A DNA stretch of 64,000 bases from Paramoeba atlantica. Taxonomy: Eukaryota; Protista; Discosea. Below, piece by piece: positions 21,701 through 32,504 of this stretch (position 1 is its first letter; each line of letters opens with the position of its first letter). The DNA lies in assembly GCA_977017575.1 (NCBI GenBank), contig CDRNVI010000069.1, forward strand, positions 62,001 through 126,000. The letters run 5' to 3'. The position numbers and the translations under genes were made by a program. Under the pieces are notes generated by a model that was not told the origin of the DNA, searched no databases, and was given only the letters and a program-made list of their open reading frames with translations.

Positions 21701-22225
21701 TGATGGAGAGGACGACATTTCCTCTTCAAGCCTCGCGGTACACTCTCGTCGTACTGAGACAGGAACATAACTCCCTGACGGAACGTTATCGGAAATTTCA
21801 AATCTGCTCTGGGTAGGACCATCTGCTGCTTCCGTGGAAGCATCTCGCTGCATGGCAGTTCTATTCTTCTTCGCCGAATTGGTTCTCTTGGCACGAACCG
21901 AAGTAACTGAAGGAGTAGTAGATGAAACAAATTCGGAAGAATTTGCTTCAGCTAAAGTTGGCACGATTGCATCTGATGAAAGAGCTGGGGGAGAAGGTAT
22001 GCGGATAGGAATCATGCGCCCTCTTCCTCGAACAGAGGTGTGCATTGTGAAAAAAGAAGTAAATTAACACAAAAAAGTAGAAGACTGGTTGCAAATACAT
22101 TTTTTAAACATTTTATAAACATATATTCTGTTGAAAAAAATTCTTTCAGAAACCACACAAGCACTCAAAATGTTTCGACCTTTCGACCGTCGAACGACGT
22201 CGAATTCGACGTCGAATGACAGCTA
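18740..22225 (-). mobile_element. Full-length hAT-like DNA transposon (family B)
   Basis: Perfect 21-bp TIR TAGCTGTCATTCGACGTCGAA at both ends; repeated subterminal TCGACGTCGA palindromes; one long transposase ORF. No exact 8-bp TSD. Confidence 0.9.
19421..22045 (-). CDS. hAT-like transposase (874 aa, intact)
   Basis: BED-like CRDC..H..H; FGVAVDAG; FLMVDGCAVN; CFGH; GGVTRW; C-terminal dimerisation block WWQ..YPGIHQAAIHYLWVPPLVTKCDSWMS. Confidence 0.88.
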   Translation of the reverse strand: MHTSVRGRGRMIPIRIPSPPALSSDAIVPTLAEANSSEFVSSTTPSVTSVRAKRTNSAKKNRTAMQRDASTEAADGPTQSRFEISDNVPSGSYVPVSVRRECTARLEEEMSSSPSQQASSVRQVVRKQLVQDPMRFPRISTKFFRERCLGMDTPPGRTKDLEKKNKECREYAEKYPRPHLVNTLGQRTHIKCRDCPWWSHSLHNNHYYHHINHTCLVREGQRIANEPELFSLTPNDNSMSVNVFVRRCVPCLVAKTNLSCKAAHALLRNYEELRPKRANTEEILNALGNNHRVMRDWEKDLANEIWEKMISKIDIHPFFGVAVDAGVDSVLNEHVLVGVVYVSDEQYLLPPMYHPKRKAFNGKETAESLVNTLNSILGITLVRKMRFLMVDGCAVNHVARDEAEGELKRIYDRVQRIGESDWINFGNRAVDMMPHVSLLSCFGHFLNNLAMDAMKPFQETPLFELKKLFRQTFYGHDKICTKKGRYRGVALDVLLGSFDEETNKAEQFFTQWYGGLSSNKLDDEYQTELVCQLRSSVQILKQYAPDEADIILAELNAQHENIPRCRDALSLYGPQVIEAVRRAKDVHGITAPKLGGVTRWCHDKFSSISFFSTQLPTVVAFLKQELENPRVCQSVRKCADLIAREGVDNLATSAKYFLEELAPIQKALQKFSDLDGTPLATGVWPTLERLRKASRVGSCSEAFECALKHHINRLSVHHNMKYWEDVMWFAPDFIALRARKAGLEPIHFSRANDLFRGGSPIFQITENEWNEYVNCVDYEWDSRVHKCELHWWQTVGVYKYPGIHQAAIHYLWVPPLVTKCDSWMSVMNTKYNSRQSSMGTQTVQNSMLLRGNYDKLGYLDNLEQLGSAGNGDSV

Positions 22226-22535
22226 TTTAAAATAGCTCCAAAAAATTAATGGTAAGCGTGCAGTGACGAAGGTATTCGTCTTTTTCGTTATGGAAACATG
22301 CGGAATACAGCTCGCCATTTCGAAATTTGTTGACGAATTAATATTTCACAAATCTATATTTTTGGGTATCCTTATATCACATTTTTTTACGACCACTATA
22401 CCCCATACCCATCAGTGGAGTAGAAACATTTACCGCTCTTAGGCACTCAAAACTACATGATAGAAAGAATTGCGCCGCGAAGCGGCGCGCTCTTTTTTGG
22501 GGGGAAGAAAATTTTCACCCTCGACCTGAAACATA

Positions 22536-22599
22536 CTACCCCCCCCACTTATAGTGCCGTTTGGTCGAAAACTGCGGCACTATAAGTGGGGGGGCACAG
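22536..22599. mobile_element. 64-bp palindromic mini-MITE
   Basis: TA|CTACCCCCCCCACTTATAGTGCCG-loop-CGGCACTATAAGTGGGGGGGCACAG|TA. Confidence 0.7.
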
Positions 22600-23353
22600 T
22601 ATTGAGTTTTAATTATTAGCGAAGCTCTGCAACTTTTAATTAAAAAATCAATAATATTTGTGCCAATAATTTTTGTAGAAATTTGTGCATATCGACAAAC
22701 AATAGAAGTTGTTGGTAGAGGGGCGGAAAAACCCAAAATTAGGTCAAAAGGGTTTTTTTGCTCCCAAAAAGATTCAAGAATTTTTACGGGGAAGAAAGTT
22801 GCTTATCACCAAAAAATTATTATCCTTCGGAATTACAAGTGTCCCTAGGTATAACCCGGACGGTGGTTTGCATCTCTCTAATCTTGTCAAATGCGTTGCG
22901 AAGGGCAGGTTATTAAGTGGTCATTAAATGATGGGATGCGGGTGTGATCTCGTATGATCTCACGACCAGGTGTTGACATAAAGCCAATCTCGATCATCCT
23001 GCGTCAAATCTTCTCATAAAATTTGAATTTTTGTGTAAAATCTATAGCACTCTTCTCTAAAACGTGGTTGCCAAGATCAGACCTCATGAGAAATTCAAAA
23101 ATTGACAAAAAAGATAAAAAAAATGTTTCTCGCCAAAAATTGACAACTTTTAATTAAAAAAACAATAATTTTTGTGGCATGAATTTTAGCGATAATAATT
23201 TTTGGCTTGGGTGTAATTACTATAAACGTTTTTCAAAAACTATAAAAAACTATTTTTCTCTGTATTTCAAGGCGCTTTTAAGCCCTTGGACGCGCCCTAT
23301 TTACATGAAAATGTATTTTAATCCCTTTTTTCTTCATTTTAGAACCGAAAGAG

Positions 23354-23641
23354 ATGCCCGAAACGAAACTGACGAGGAGAAATTTCTGTAAAGACTATTT
23401 TAATGAAGTACCGCGCACGGGAGGACAGAAACCAGTGGTGGAATGCAACCTGTGTGAGGAGGGAAGTAAGAAGCGGATTTTGGTTCCAAGAGGACTATCG
23501 ACAGATTATCGTTCCGCAGAGAAGCACTTAGTGAAACACGACAAAAAATATGGGGTACGAGGACACTTCCGTGAGTACTCATCGAAACGCCCACGTGTCA
23601 AAACGAAAATCATCGAAACGAAAGAAACTCATCGAAGGTGA
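23354..23641 (+). mobile_element. hAT family A, N-terminal BED-finger fragment
   Basis: VECNLCEEG..EKHLVKHDKKY, homologous to 7175-7486. Confidence 0.75.
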
Positions 23642-23669
23642 TTTTAATTACTTTTAGCACAAACAAATT

Positions 23670-24135
23670 CAATCCTGCGGAAGTGGCAGACATAGGTTCT
23701 CAGTGTGCGACCCGCGCGCTGGAGCGCACGGGTCGCCAAAAAATATAGTTATGTCCCAGGGCTACGCTCACAGTTGGGCCTCGATCGCAAACGGGAGCTT
23801 TTGCCTCCAGAAGTGAGCTTCGCTCACAGTTGGGCCTTGCCTCCAGACACGTAAACTAGGTGTCGCAGTATAGGAAAACAACTTTACAATCCTGCGCAAG
23901 TGGCAGACATAGGTTCTCAGTGCGCGACCCGCGCGCTCCAGCGCGCGGGTCGCCAAAAGATATAATTATGTCTCAGGGCTACGCTCACAGTTGGGCCTTG
24001 CTCGCAAACGGGGGATTTTGCTTCCAGAAGTGGGCTACGCTCACAGTTGGGCCTTGCTCGCAGACGGGGGCCTTGCTCGCATACTTGGGCTTCGCTCATA
24101 GTGGAGCCTTTCCTCCAGACACGTAAACTAGGTGT
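23670..24135. repeat. 217-bp tandem duplication with a GC hairpin and internal sub-repeats
   Basis: CAATCCTGCG.AAGTGGCAGACATAGG.. occurs twice; hairpins at 23707-23736 and 23924-23953; repeated CGCTCACAGTTGGGCC. Confidence 0.9.
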
Positions 24136-24494
24136 GGCTGACTTCTTATTTTCATGATCTCGACTTTCTTTTCCCAAAGTAATTAAAGTCACCTTCGATG
24201 AGAAGATTGACGTTTCGATGAGTCACACTGTGACACGTAGGCACTTCAATGAGAAATCATCGAAGTGTTGCAAAAACTCACGGAAGTGCCCGGGGGGCCA
24301 AAATATGATACCTGGTGTGCTGAACAAAACGAAAAGCGTCGACGTGCAAAACCGACGTTAAACATCTCGTCACAAGCGTCCAAACCTCAGGACCATAAGG
24401 ATATTGCGGTGGTTGTATAACTACCGCTCTACCCTCGATTATTGAAAAAAAGTGAGCAAAAACAGTGAAAATATAAGAGGAACACAGTAATATA

Positions 24495-24889
24495 CCGGTG
24501 AAACGGTTATTAAGGATAAAAGTAATTAAGGCGGAACGAATTTAAAAATTAATTATTGCCTTAATTAATGTTGCCTTAATTAAAGTGGCGCTGATAAAAG
24601 CCGAAAACAGTTCTTATTAAAATATTCTCGTTCGTAGCATAAATATCACATTTCTGCTAAAAGTGTTCAATTTCTGATCATTTGTCATGTTTTTCGAAAT
24701 GTTTTGGACGAGCTTTACGGTCTTCAACCAGTTCAACGTGTGAGAGAAAAGCTAAAAAGAAAGGAGAAGTCTGAGACGGAATCATGAAGTTAATTTTTCC
24801 CAATTTTTCACCCAAAATGACAAAAAATTAATTATTGCCTTAATTAAAGCTGCCTTAAATTTAATTACCCTTAATTGAATTTTCTACGG
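24495..24889. mobile_element. AT-rich MITE nested in X4
   Basis: TA|CCGGTGAAAC...TTTTCTACGG|TA with imperfect TIRs rich in AATTAAGG; removing it restores the X consensus. Confidence 0.75.
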
Positions 24890-25239
24890 TAATAAAGAAA
24901 AAAAAAATATAAAAGGGGGCTCCGGTGGTCCAAACTTGGAAAAAAAAATGAAAAAAATGGGGGGTCCATAGGGGGGGTCTAGGGGCGGGCATACCGCACA
25001 AATTTCTTTTTGAAAAAAATATTTTTCGAAAAAAACCCTCAGAAGCGGTAGCCGGGGTCTTGGCGCGCATTTTCCACCCCCCTACCCGGGGGCGACCCCC
25101 CCCGCGTATCCGCAGGACGCATCCGCCAAGTTCGGATTTTTTCGGATGTTTTTTTCGAAAAAAATATCAATTTGGCGAAACAAATGGCAAAAAAAATATT
25201 TTTCCAAAATTGTTTCACCTTCGAAACATTAAATCGCTT

Positions 25240-25575
25240 TTTAATTAAAACGAGCATGTTCCCAATATGCCCGAACTTAAGCGTGACACCGTTGAAAGTA
25301 ACTCCAACATAGGCAATACAAGTATGCATGACCCTCTCCTCGTCCATGCCTTCGCACCTAATTTGATCCACTACAGAGGTTGGAAGTCCTTCAACTACTT
25401 GTGGAGTCAAGCACAGTGGGAAGTACTGTGCACCAAGAGGCACAACTACTTGCTTACAGGATACGCAAGGTTCTGTGTCGCTGCCGTCTATGCGATACGC
25501 ACAAACAAGACAACGCTTTGGTGCAACAAGTGAGACGTTGCGCAAAACCTTACATCTCATTTCCTTAGTGGGCAC
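25240..25575 (-). CDS. Cys-rich cargo ORF fragment inside family X
   Basis: MPTKEMRCKV..RCLVCAY..PCVSCKQ (two CxxC); sequence absent from the other X copies; the reading frame runs out into X. Confidence 0.45.
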
Positions 25576-27118
25576 ATTTCCTTAGTGGCAGGCTCGGGCA
25601 TCGTGCTAAAAAATGCGTTTAAAGACTTCTTAAATAGTACTGCTTTAAGAAATATAAATATTGATTGAAGTATGATTGAGGAAATTTGTAAAACAACTGA
25701 TTTAAATCCATGAACAAAAGCATAAATTTTGCAAAATAGTGGCAGACAGTGGCAGATGGTGGCGGACAAAACCATACACTTCTGCAGTACATCCATGGAT
25801 GCTTTTTTTAAAATCGATTCTTTTTTGAAATTTTTAAAATCGCTTCATCTATTGTATTTTTATAGTTTGGGACCTACACTACCTTTCTACGCCATTGTTT
25901 TCGACAGATATCCCTTCTTCAAGCCGTGGTATGCCCGCGTAAATGACCCATTTTTGACTCAAAAAGGTGAAAAAATATTTTTCGGACCCCAAGGGGCCTT
26001 TTTGTGTCGAAAGAATGGTGTGGTTGGAGTCGCATTCTCTGCCGAATACGTTTGTCAGGCTTTCATTCATGACTACGAGTGATTTCCCACACGCAAATAT
26101 CGGATTTAGTGCTCTGAGAGCAAAAATACCGAAAAATGACCCCATTTTTACCGAAAATCGGCTAGTTTTGATAATGATCTTTCCGTTTTCTTCAGCTTTC
26201 CACGCCAAATTTTCTTTTTTAGGTTCTTCGTTAAACGCGGTGGTAGTTTTCAACGCGAAGTGCGCAGCACTAGTGACTTATAAGTTGAAAACAACCACCG
26301 CGTTTAACGAAGAGCCTAAATATTAGTTTGGAAAGCAGAGTTCGGAATTTCAACCGCAGCTCTCGAACATCCGTTGTTTTTTAACAGAAGTGTACGAGGT
26401 ATGTGTCCCACTCCACCTCGAAGGGAAAAATTAAACGAACTGACCATTGAGTATGCAAAGCAAACTAGAGTAAAGATGTGCGTTGACCTTGGTTTAAAAT
26501 TTTCGGATGTGAGTTTATGTTTAGACACAGCCACTTTTCACCATAGTACGACCTGCGCCGTTACAATGATCAACAATGGTGTTTCTATGTATTGGACCGT
26601 CAAACCCATGCCCGCAAGTGATGCATCTGCCTTTCAACTTCTATTAAAACATACCCCTCCTGGGCAAATGGGTAATTACCCACGTGGTGGTAAACGCGGA
26701 TAATTTACCCGGGTCATTGACCCATTTACCCGCATTCACCCAGATTTACCAACCAACCATACGATCCCGTACTAGAATAAAGCTCGATGACTGTGCCAAC
26801 TTTGCTGAGCAAGTTGTCGCTACAGAAACAGTATCTCAATCCATAGAAGGAAAAATCCGTCTTTCATTCGGTTTCCCCCCTTTCCTATCCCCTAAACCAA
26901 ACAATCTTTCTTTATTTTTTTTATTTTTTTTCTTGACCTGGCGGGCTTATCCCCGCTTCATACAGTACTAATACTATACTGTATAGTAATCACTGTACTA
27001 AAGTCAAATACAACTACTGCGTAAAATCCACATAATGTTAAGTCAGTTATGTTCTGTATCTGACAATGATTCAAGCTCACTATCATTTTCCAGCGAATCA
27101 GCATCACCTTGAGTCATA

Positions 27119-28677
27119 CAGGGGGGTAAATCAGATGCTGCGGGGGGTCTAAAAATTGCAAAACCTTTCCAATTTTGGAAAATGATAGCGTATTCGAGAG
27201 CTCTCGAAGAGTTCTATGTTTTAGAAAAGGCAGCTTCCCGGGGTATAGGGGGGTGTTCAACTGACAAGAAGCCCAAAAACGTCAAAACACAAAAATTGTG
27301 AGAAAGGTTTTAGACGACTAATAATTACAACTTTCTCCTTTTTTTTCTACTACTATGTCGAAACGCCGCTGCATGCTGTTTAAAGTGTTAATGAGCATGT
27401 CATGACCATCTGTTTTAATGTAATCAACCGCTCTTTCAATAGAAAACAAGAGTTCAGTCCTATTTTCTGGATTTGTACCATTTTTAATAAAGGCATCCAT
27501 AATTTCCTAAATGTTTTCAATGGGGTTAAGATCTGGGGATTTTGGGGGAAAGTCCAAAACAACGACTTCGTTTTCTTTAAAGGTTCTAAAACTGCCATTG
27601 TGGCAAGGAGCATTATCCATAGCAACCCGGGACCCGCTATGACGCTTTAAGAAACTTAAAAAAACCCCTCTTTTTGTCATCGCGCATTTAAAAACATCTG
27701 AAGTGATGGTAATTTTCCCATTACTGTCCCTGTTTGGAAAAACATGATAAAAAATTCCATAAATAAAGCTTATACCCATCCAAACGTTCACTCCATCCCC
27801 CCCAAACCACTTTTGCGAAGCTTTTAGAGGTGGTTTCGGGGGGTCACTTGCTCTGCAAATGTAAGAACGGCTTTCGCGCCCAAGTTGACAAGTAAACTTT
27901 TTTTCGTCACACCAAATAATGTGACGAAGCTGTGCGACAGACCACTTCTGCATTTTCAATGCAAAGGTTAGTCGCTTGGCCTTATGAGATTCAGTTAAAA
28001 AAAGGCCTTTCGAAAAAGAACGTTGGATTATCCCGGCGTCCTTCAAAAAATTTACTACAGTTGGCCTGCTGCAGGTGAAACCTCGTTTCCTGACCTCTCG
28101 AAGTATAAAATTCCAGGAGGGACAACCGCGTGTGCTTGACGTGTTGGCCGTGTCAATAATCTCGTGGCACGCATCAAGAAGCCCGGGTGTCGCCACAGTG
28201 CGTTCGCGAGGGGGTGTGGAACGTTCAACGTCCCCGGTTTCCTCAAAGCGTTTCACCCACAACTTGACAGTGCTGTGGTGGACGCCTTCTCTTCGGCAAG
28301 TGGCACTATAGGAATTTGTATTCTCGTAATCTTTTACAAGAAGCATCCTATGTGAATATTTGGTGTGCCCAGGGGAGGAGTACGCCCTATCGGAGAGAGA
28401 TCCTTTGTTCTGCATAGAACGGGATCGCTTTCGCGGCATAAAACTGAGACGAAATGGAGAAAAAACGAAAAAATGAGCAAATTTGGGAAAAACTGCAAAT
28501 TTTAGAGGGGCAAAAAAACTTAAAAAAAATGCCATAAACAAAATTGCTTTCTTTTGGGGTGAAAATAGCGCAAAAACATAGAACTCTGCGAGAGCTCTCG
28601 AATGCGCTATCATTTTCCAAAATTTGAAGGGTTTTGCAATTTTTAGACCCCCCCGCAGCATCTGATTTACCCCCCTG
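27119..28677 (-). mobile_element. Full-length Tc1-like element, DD32E
   Basis: About 100-bp TIRs starting CAGGGGGGTAAATCAGATGCTGCGGGGGGTCTAAAAATTGCAAAACC; TA on both flanks. Confidence 0.95.
27318..28439 (-). pseudogene. Tc1-like transposase with one nonsense codon
   Basis: MPRKRSR.. HTH region, WCDEKKF, MDNAPCH, PPKSPDLNPIENI; TAG at 27507-27509 where Trp is expected; the frame continues to ..KGESCNY*. Confidence 0.9.
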
Positions 28678-31109
28678 TATATCCTAGCTTGTCACAATTT
28701 CCTCGCACGAATATCTGGTGCGATACAACATCGGGAGCAAGGGAGGCCTGGCGTGAGCTATACATATATCCAAGCACGTATATCCAAGCACGGAAAGACA
28801 GGAGTCGCACCTGTTGACCAGGGGTGGCGTCCAAACGTAGTGTACGGCAGCTTCGTAAATCGCTGGGAACATTTCACATCCAGGACAACACCACCATTCG
28901 TACTCGTTGCTGAACTTAGACGGATCCCAACTGAAATCGAGGCATGCTAAGTATTTTTCCCACTCATCGGATGAAATACGAAAGATCGGCAGCTCGGCCG
29001 ACGGACCGTCCGCATTTTTGTCAAAAACATTATTTGCTCGAGCTACCGAGATGGGGAGAAGACCACAAGGACGAGCGAACTGAACGATCCATCCGGGACG
29101 GAACCAGAGAACATCGTTCCAAAAGCGGATATTATGATTTTTTTGTAGACGAGTCTTGTGATAAAGAAGTGCTTCTCGCATTCGCGAGGGCGCTTCGTCA
29201 CTTTCGCTATGTTCGAACAAGAGCTGCAGCGCAGTTCCGACCTGAGTGAGACGTTTTTAAATCGGCAATGAGATTGAAATGTGCAACCCTCTGTCGTGCA
29301 CACAAAGTGTACTTTTTGGTTAAGGGGGTCTATAAGAACATCCGCGTGTTCGTGCGGACAGTTTGGCGGGCAGCGAGCCAAATTAAAGTGCCCAGACAAA
29401 GACTTCACCGTCATCTTGTGCCGCTCGTTTCGCTTTGATCGCTTTGGGTCCGGGGTCACTATCTCATCCTCAGAGCTTGATTCAGATGAAGCGATCGGTT
29501 CGGGCGTACTGACTGTCGATGATCTTCGCTTGGGCATGTAATAAATAGACGATAAAAGTGCAACGCTATCAGCAAAGTAAATGATATTATGATTGAAGGA
29601 AAAAGAATCTGAGATTTTTCCGATAGGTATACAAAAATAAAACATTTAAAATCATTTAAGGTACAACTTTTCAGTTCCTGTCATCGAGCGGGTAAACGTG
29701 GGTAAAGCGGGTAAATGGGTAATTTACCCGGGTAATTACCCATTTACCCGGCAGGGGTATGTTAAAAGAGGTTGTAGAGGAGCTTTACGCCGATCGAATT
29801 TTTGTGGCGCACGAGGCTTCAGACGCAGGAGCTGGAATCAAAAAGGGTTTAATAATAACCGCTGAAGAGAGTGGAATAGCTTACACTGTTTGCATGGTCC
29901 ACTCGCTTCAACTTTGCATGGGGCACACAATGCGGATGGAAAATACTGATGAGATTTTAGGCCTCGGAAAAAATTACGAAAAGTGACGGGTACCTTGTCC
30001 GACACGTTGGTGGTCGACCTTTGACTCGGTCGAACATGCTCTGGGTGATTCTGATTGGGAAGCGTTTACGACAAAAGCTCGAATGTTTTCGTGGCTTGAG
30101 TCGCTTCTCATTTATCCATTGTTGGCAGATTCATGGAAAGAAACGAATGTACGCTCCCCACGGCAATGCGAATTTGGATGCAGCTGATAAATGACGTATC
30201 TCAGCCACATGGGATGGTCTTAGCAGATCGCCTTGTGCGAATTTTGCGACACGAACATCTTTTTGCTGCATCACTGTCACCATGCATTGACTGGAACGGA
30301 CGGTCTTGCATCGTAGGACTCGGCCAGTGTGCTCGCAATTGGCGATAAAGTTGTCAAAACCCCCCAATAAAGAAGCGTCCGAGCCGGGAGTGCGTCAAGA
30401 TTTGAATCTGTGGTTTAGTGGACGTGTGCAGGAGTTTTTTAACATGAACGAAGGTTTCTCTATTGAAAAAGAAAGTAAAATGTTTAAGTTTTGGTCGGAC
30501 TTATCATTTAAAGGCAAATTTTTACATTTGCCTAGGGCGGCACAGAAGCTGACTTCCTTTGTTGCTTCTGAGGCAATTTGTGAGAGATTGTTAGTTCCGT
30601 AGAATTTATAAACCCCGCGTCATGAAAAGTGACGCCCACTTTTTTTCGTACATTTGTCCGTTTGAGCTGATTTTTGTGGCATTTTGCACATCTCACCATA
30701 GGAACTTTGCGCGCTTATTAGCGGGCCTCAACAGAGAACACCGACTATTTATAATTTTTTCACATTTCCGCCTTTCAATCTTATACACTTCTTAAAGGCG
30801 TGAGTCAAAACTTAAAACCGTATTGTCGATCACATTTTGAGATAAACAAGACCACGCTTTGCGTACATATCGGATGAGTGAAGGCTTATCCGAAGGAGTC
30901 TGTTCGTCCACTGCCCCTTATACCATAGACCGGACGACCCTTAGTCCATAGACCAGACGCAAGTATAATTTAAAATATACAATGTATTGTATGAAATAGA
31001 TTTTCGCAATTTCCAATTGGATTCGTATAGTACAGGATGACGTACATCAATGAAGCACATTATATCTCTATGCACATACACCTAGAAACATGCACATTCG
31101 CATGTACCT

Positions 31110-32500
31110 AGAAAGAAATACGAGTCTCATTCCCAGAAACACCGAATGCAGTAAAGTCTAACGGGAAGAATTTCATTCCGCGTGTTGCTGCGAGACTATC
31201 TTAGACCTTGTGCTTCGTAGCCTCTTCCCGGAAAAGGGTATTTCCAGGCGCTTTACTCTCCATCTCTACGTAAGAAGGAGCTAGTGGGTTGATTACATCC
31301 ACCGTAACAAGCTAATGTCATATTTGGAATAATAGATCCGGGCCTTTTCCTTCTTCAAAGTGAAGCTCCATAACGTCGGGGTTAAAACCATACTGTCGCA
31401 AAATTTTTGCAAAGCATGATTTTACTAGGGCGTGTCTCGATGCTCCCGTCTTGCCACTCACTCGATTGCTATCGAGAGCATGTACTGGAAAGTGGTCATT
31501 GGGATGCAGTTCCCCGCATACACATAATAGGCTCTTCGTTAAACGCGGTGGTTGTTTTCAACTTCGAAGTCACTCATGCTGCGCTCTTCGCCTTGAAAAC
31601 TACCACCGCGTTTAACGAAGAGCCTAAAAAAGAAAATCCGGCCTGGAAAGCTGAGGAAAACACAAGGATTATAGCGAAAATTAGCCGATTTTCGGGCAAA
31701 AATGGGGTGATTTTTGCGTATTTTTGCTCTCAGAGCACTAAATCCGATATTTGCGTGTGAGAAATCACTCGTAGGCGTGAATGAGGAACTACTACGTTCT
31801 ACTGAACGTATTGGATAGAGAATGCGACTCCAACCACATCATTCTTTTGACATAAAAAGACCCTTTTAGGTCCGAAAATTACTTTTCCGCACTTTTTGGT
31901 CAAAAATGGCCATTTTGGGAGGCGTGCAACGGCTAGAGGAGGTATCTGGCGAAAACGACAGTGTAGAAGGCTAGTGTAGGTCCCAAACTCTCAAAATACG
32001 ATAGGGAAAACGATTTTGGAAAAATATTTTTTTTACGATTTTTTTCGCCCAATTGAATTTTTTTCAATTTTTTTCTTCGAAAAAATCCGAACTTGGCGGA
32101 CCTGTCCTGCGGATACGCGGGGGGGGGTCACCCTCGGGTAGGGGGGTGGAAAATGCGCGCCAAGACCCCGTGTACCGCTTCTGAGTTTTTTTTTTCGAAA
32201 AATATTTTTAGCAAAAATAATTGCTCGACCATGACCCCCCCCTAGACCCCCCATTTTTTTCAACTTTTTTTTCCAGTTTTGGACCACCGGGGCCCCCTAT
32301 TAGATTTTTTTCTTCTATTATATTACTGTGTTCATCTTTATATTTTCATTGTTCAATAATCGAGGGTAGAGCGGTAGTTATGTTTATGCATACAATGTGA
32401 CATTGTATGCTTGGGGATGACATTGGGCTTAGCAGATCACGCATGCGGAGGGCAGCCTGTCACTCTGAGTCGCGTAGGTACAATTCGGGGCGATTGGGGA
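31110..32500 (-). mobile_element. CRE-like (RLE) non-LTR retrotransposon 3' remnant, interrupted by X5
   Basis: Manual translation: (QCV)CGE..HAL..SRHALVK..LRQYGFNP..E..GKGPDLL..VTVDVINPLAPSYV..E..K..FFPLDFTAFG..GNET. This is a knuckle plus RH plus PD-D endonuclease, with stops. Confidence 0.75.
31528..32380 (+). mobile_element. Family X copy X5
   Basis: Intact left hairpin; right end truncated after GCGGTAGTTA. Confidence 0.9.
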
Positions 32501-32504
32501 TCGC

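Larger units (their letters stand above)
24406..26318 (-). mobile_element. Family X copy X4 with nested MITE and cargo
   Basis: Reverse-complement X ends (GCGGTGGTTGTATAACTACCGCTCTACCCTCG at 24406; terminal hairpin 26220-26318); body interrupted at 24495-24889 and about 25220-25845. Confidence 0.88.
26650..29761 (-). mobile_element. Internally deleted hAT-like element (family B-related)
   Basis: TIR CATACCCCT.C.GGG.AAATGGGTAATTACCC; TTAAAA on both flanks; residual N-terminal Cys/His region (29043-29645) and C-terminal PPLVNRCDSCLS / RGNCDKLGY. Confidence 0.85.
26330..30602 (+). mobile_element. hAT family A pseudogene split by nested insertions
   Basis: SLCLD..FQLLLK (to 26649) continues in frame as EVVEELYADRIF..ASDAGAG..CMVH, then PCPTRWW and FW..AQKLTSFVASEAICER (canonical Glu), from 29762. 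Confidence 0.85.

Noticed and set aside
27507-27509. TAG at conserved Trp positions in both Tc1 copies (also about 44581) as stop-codon reassignment
   Set aside because: TAG ends several LRR genes at plausible C-termini, and other Trp codons are TGG, including the same IENIW in the 14.9-kb remnant. Independent G-to-A nonsense mutations suffice.
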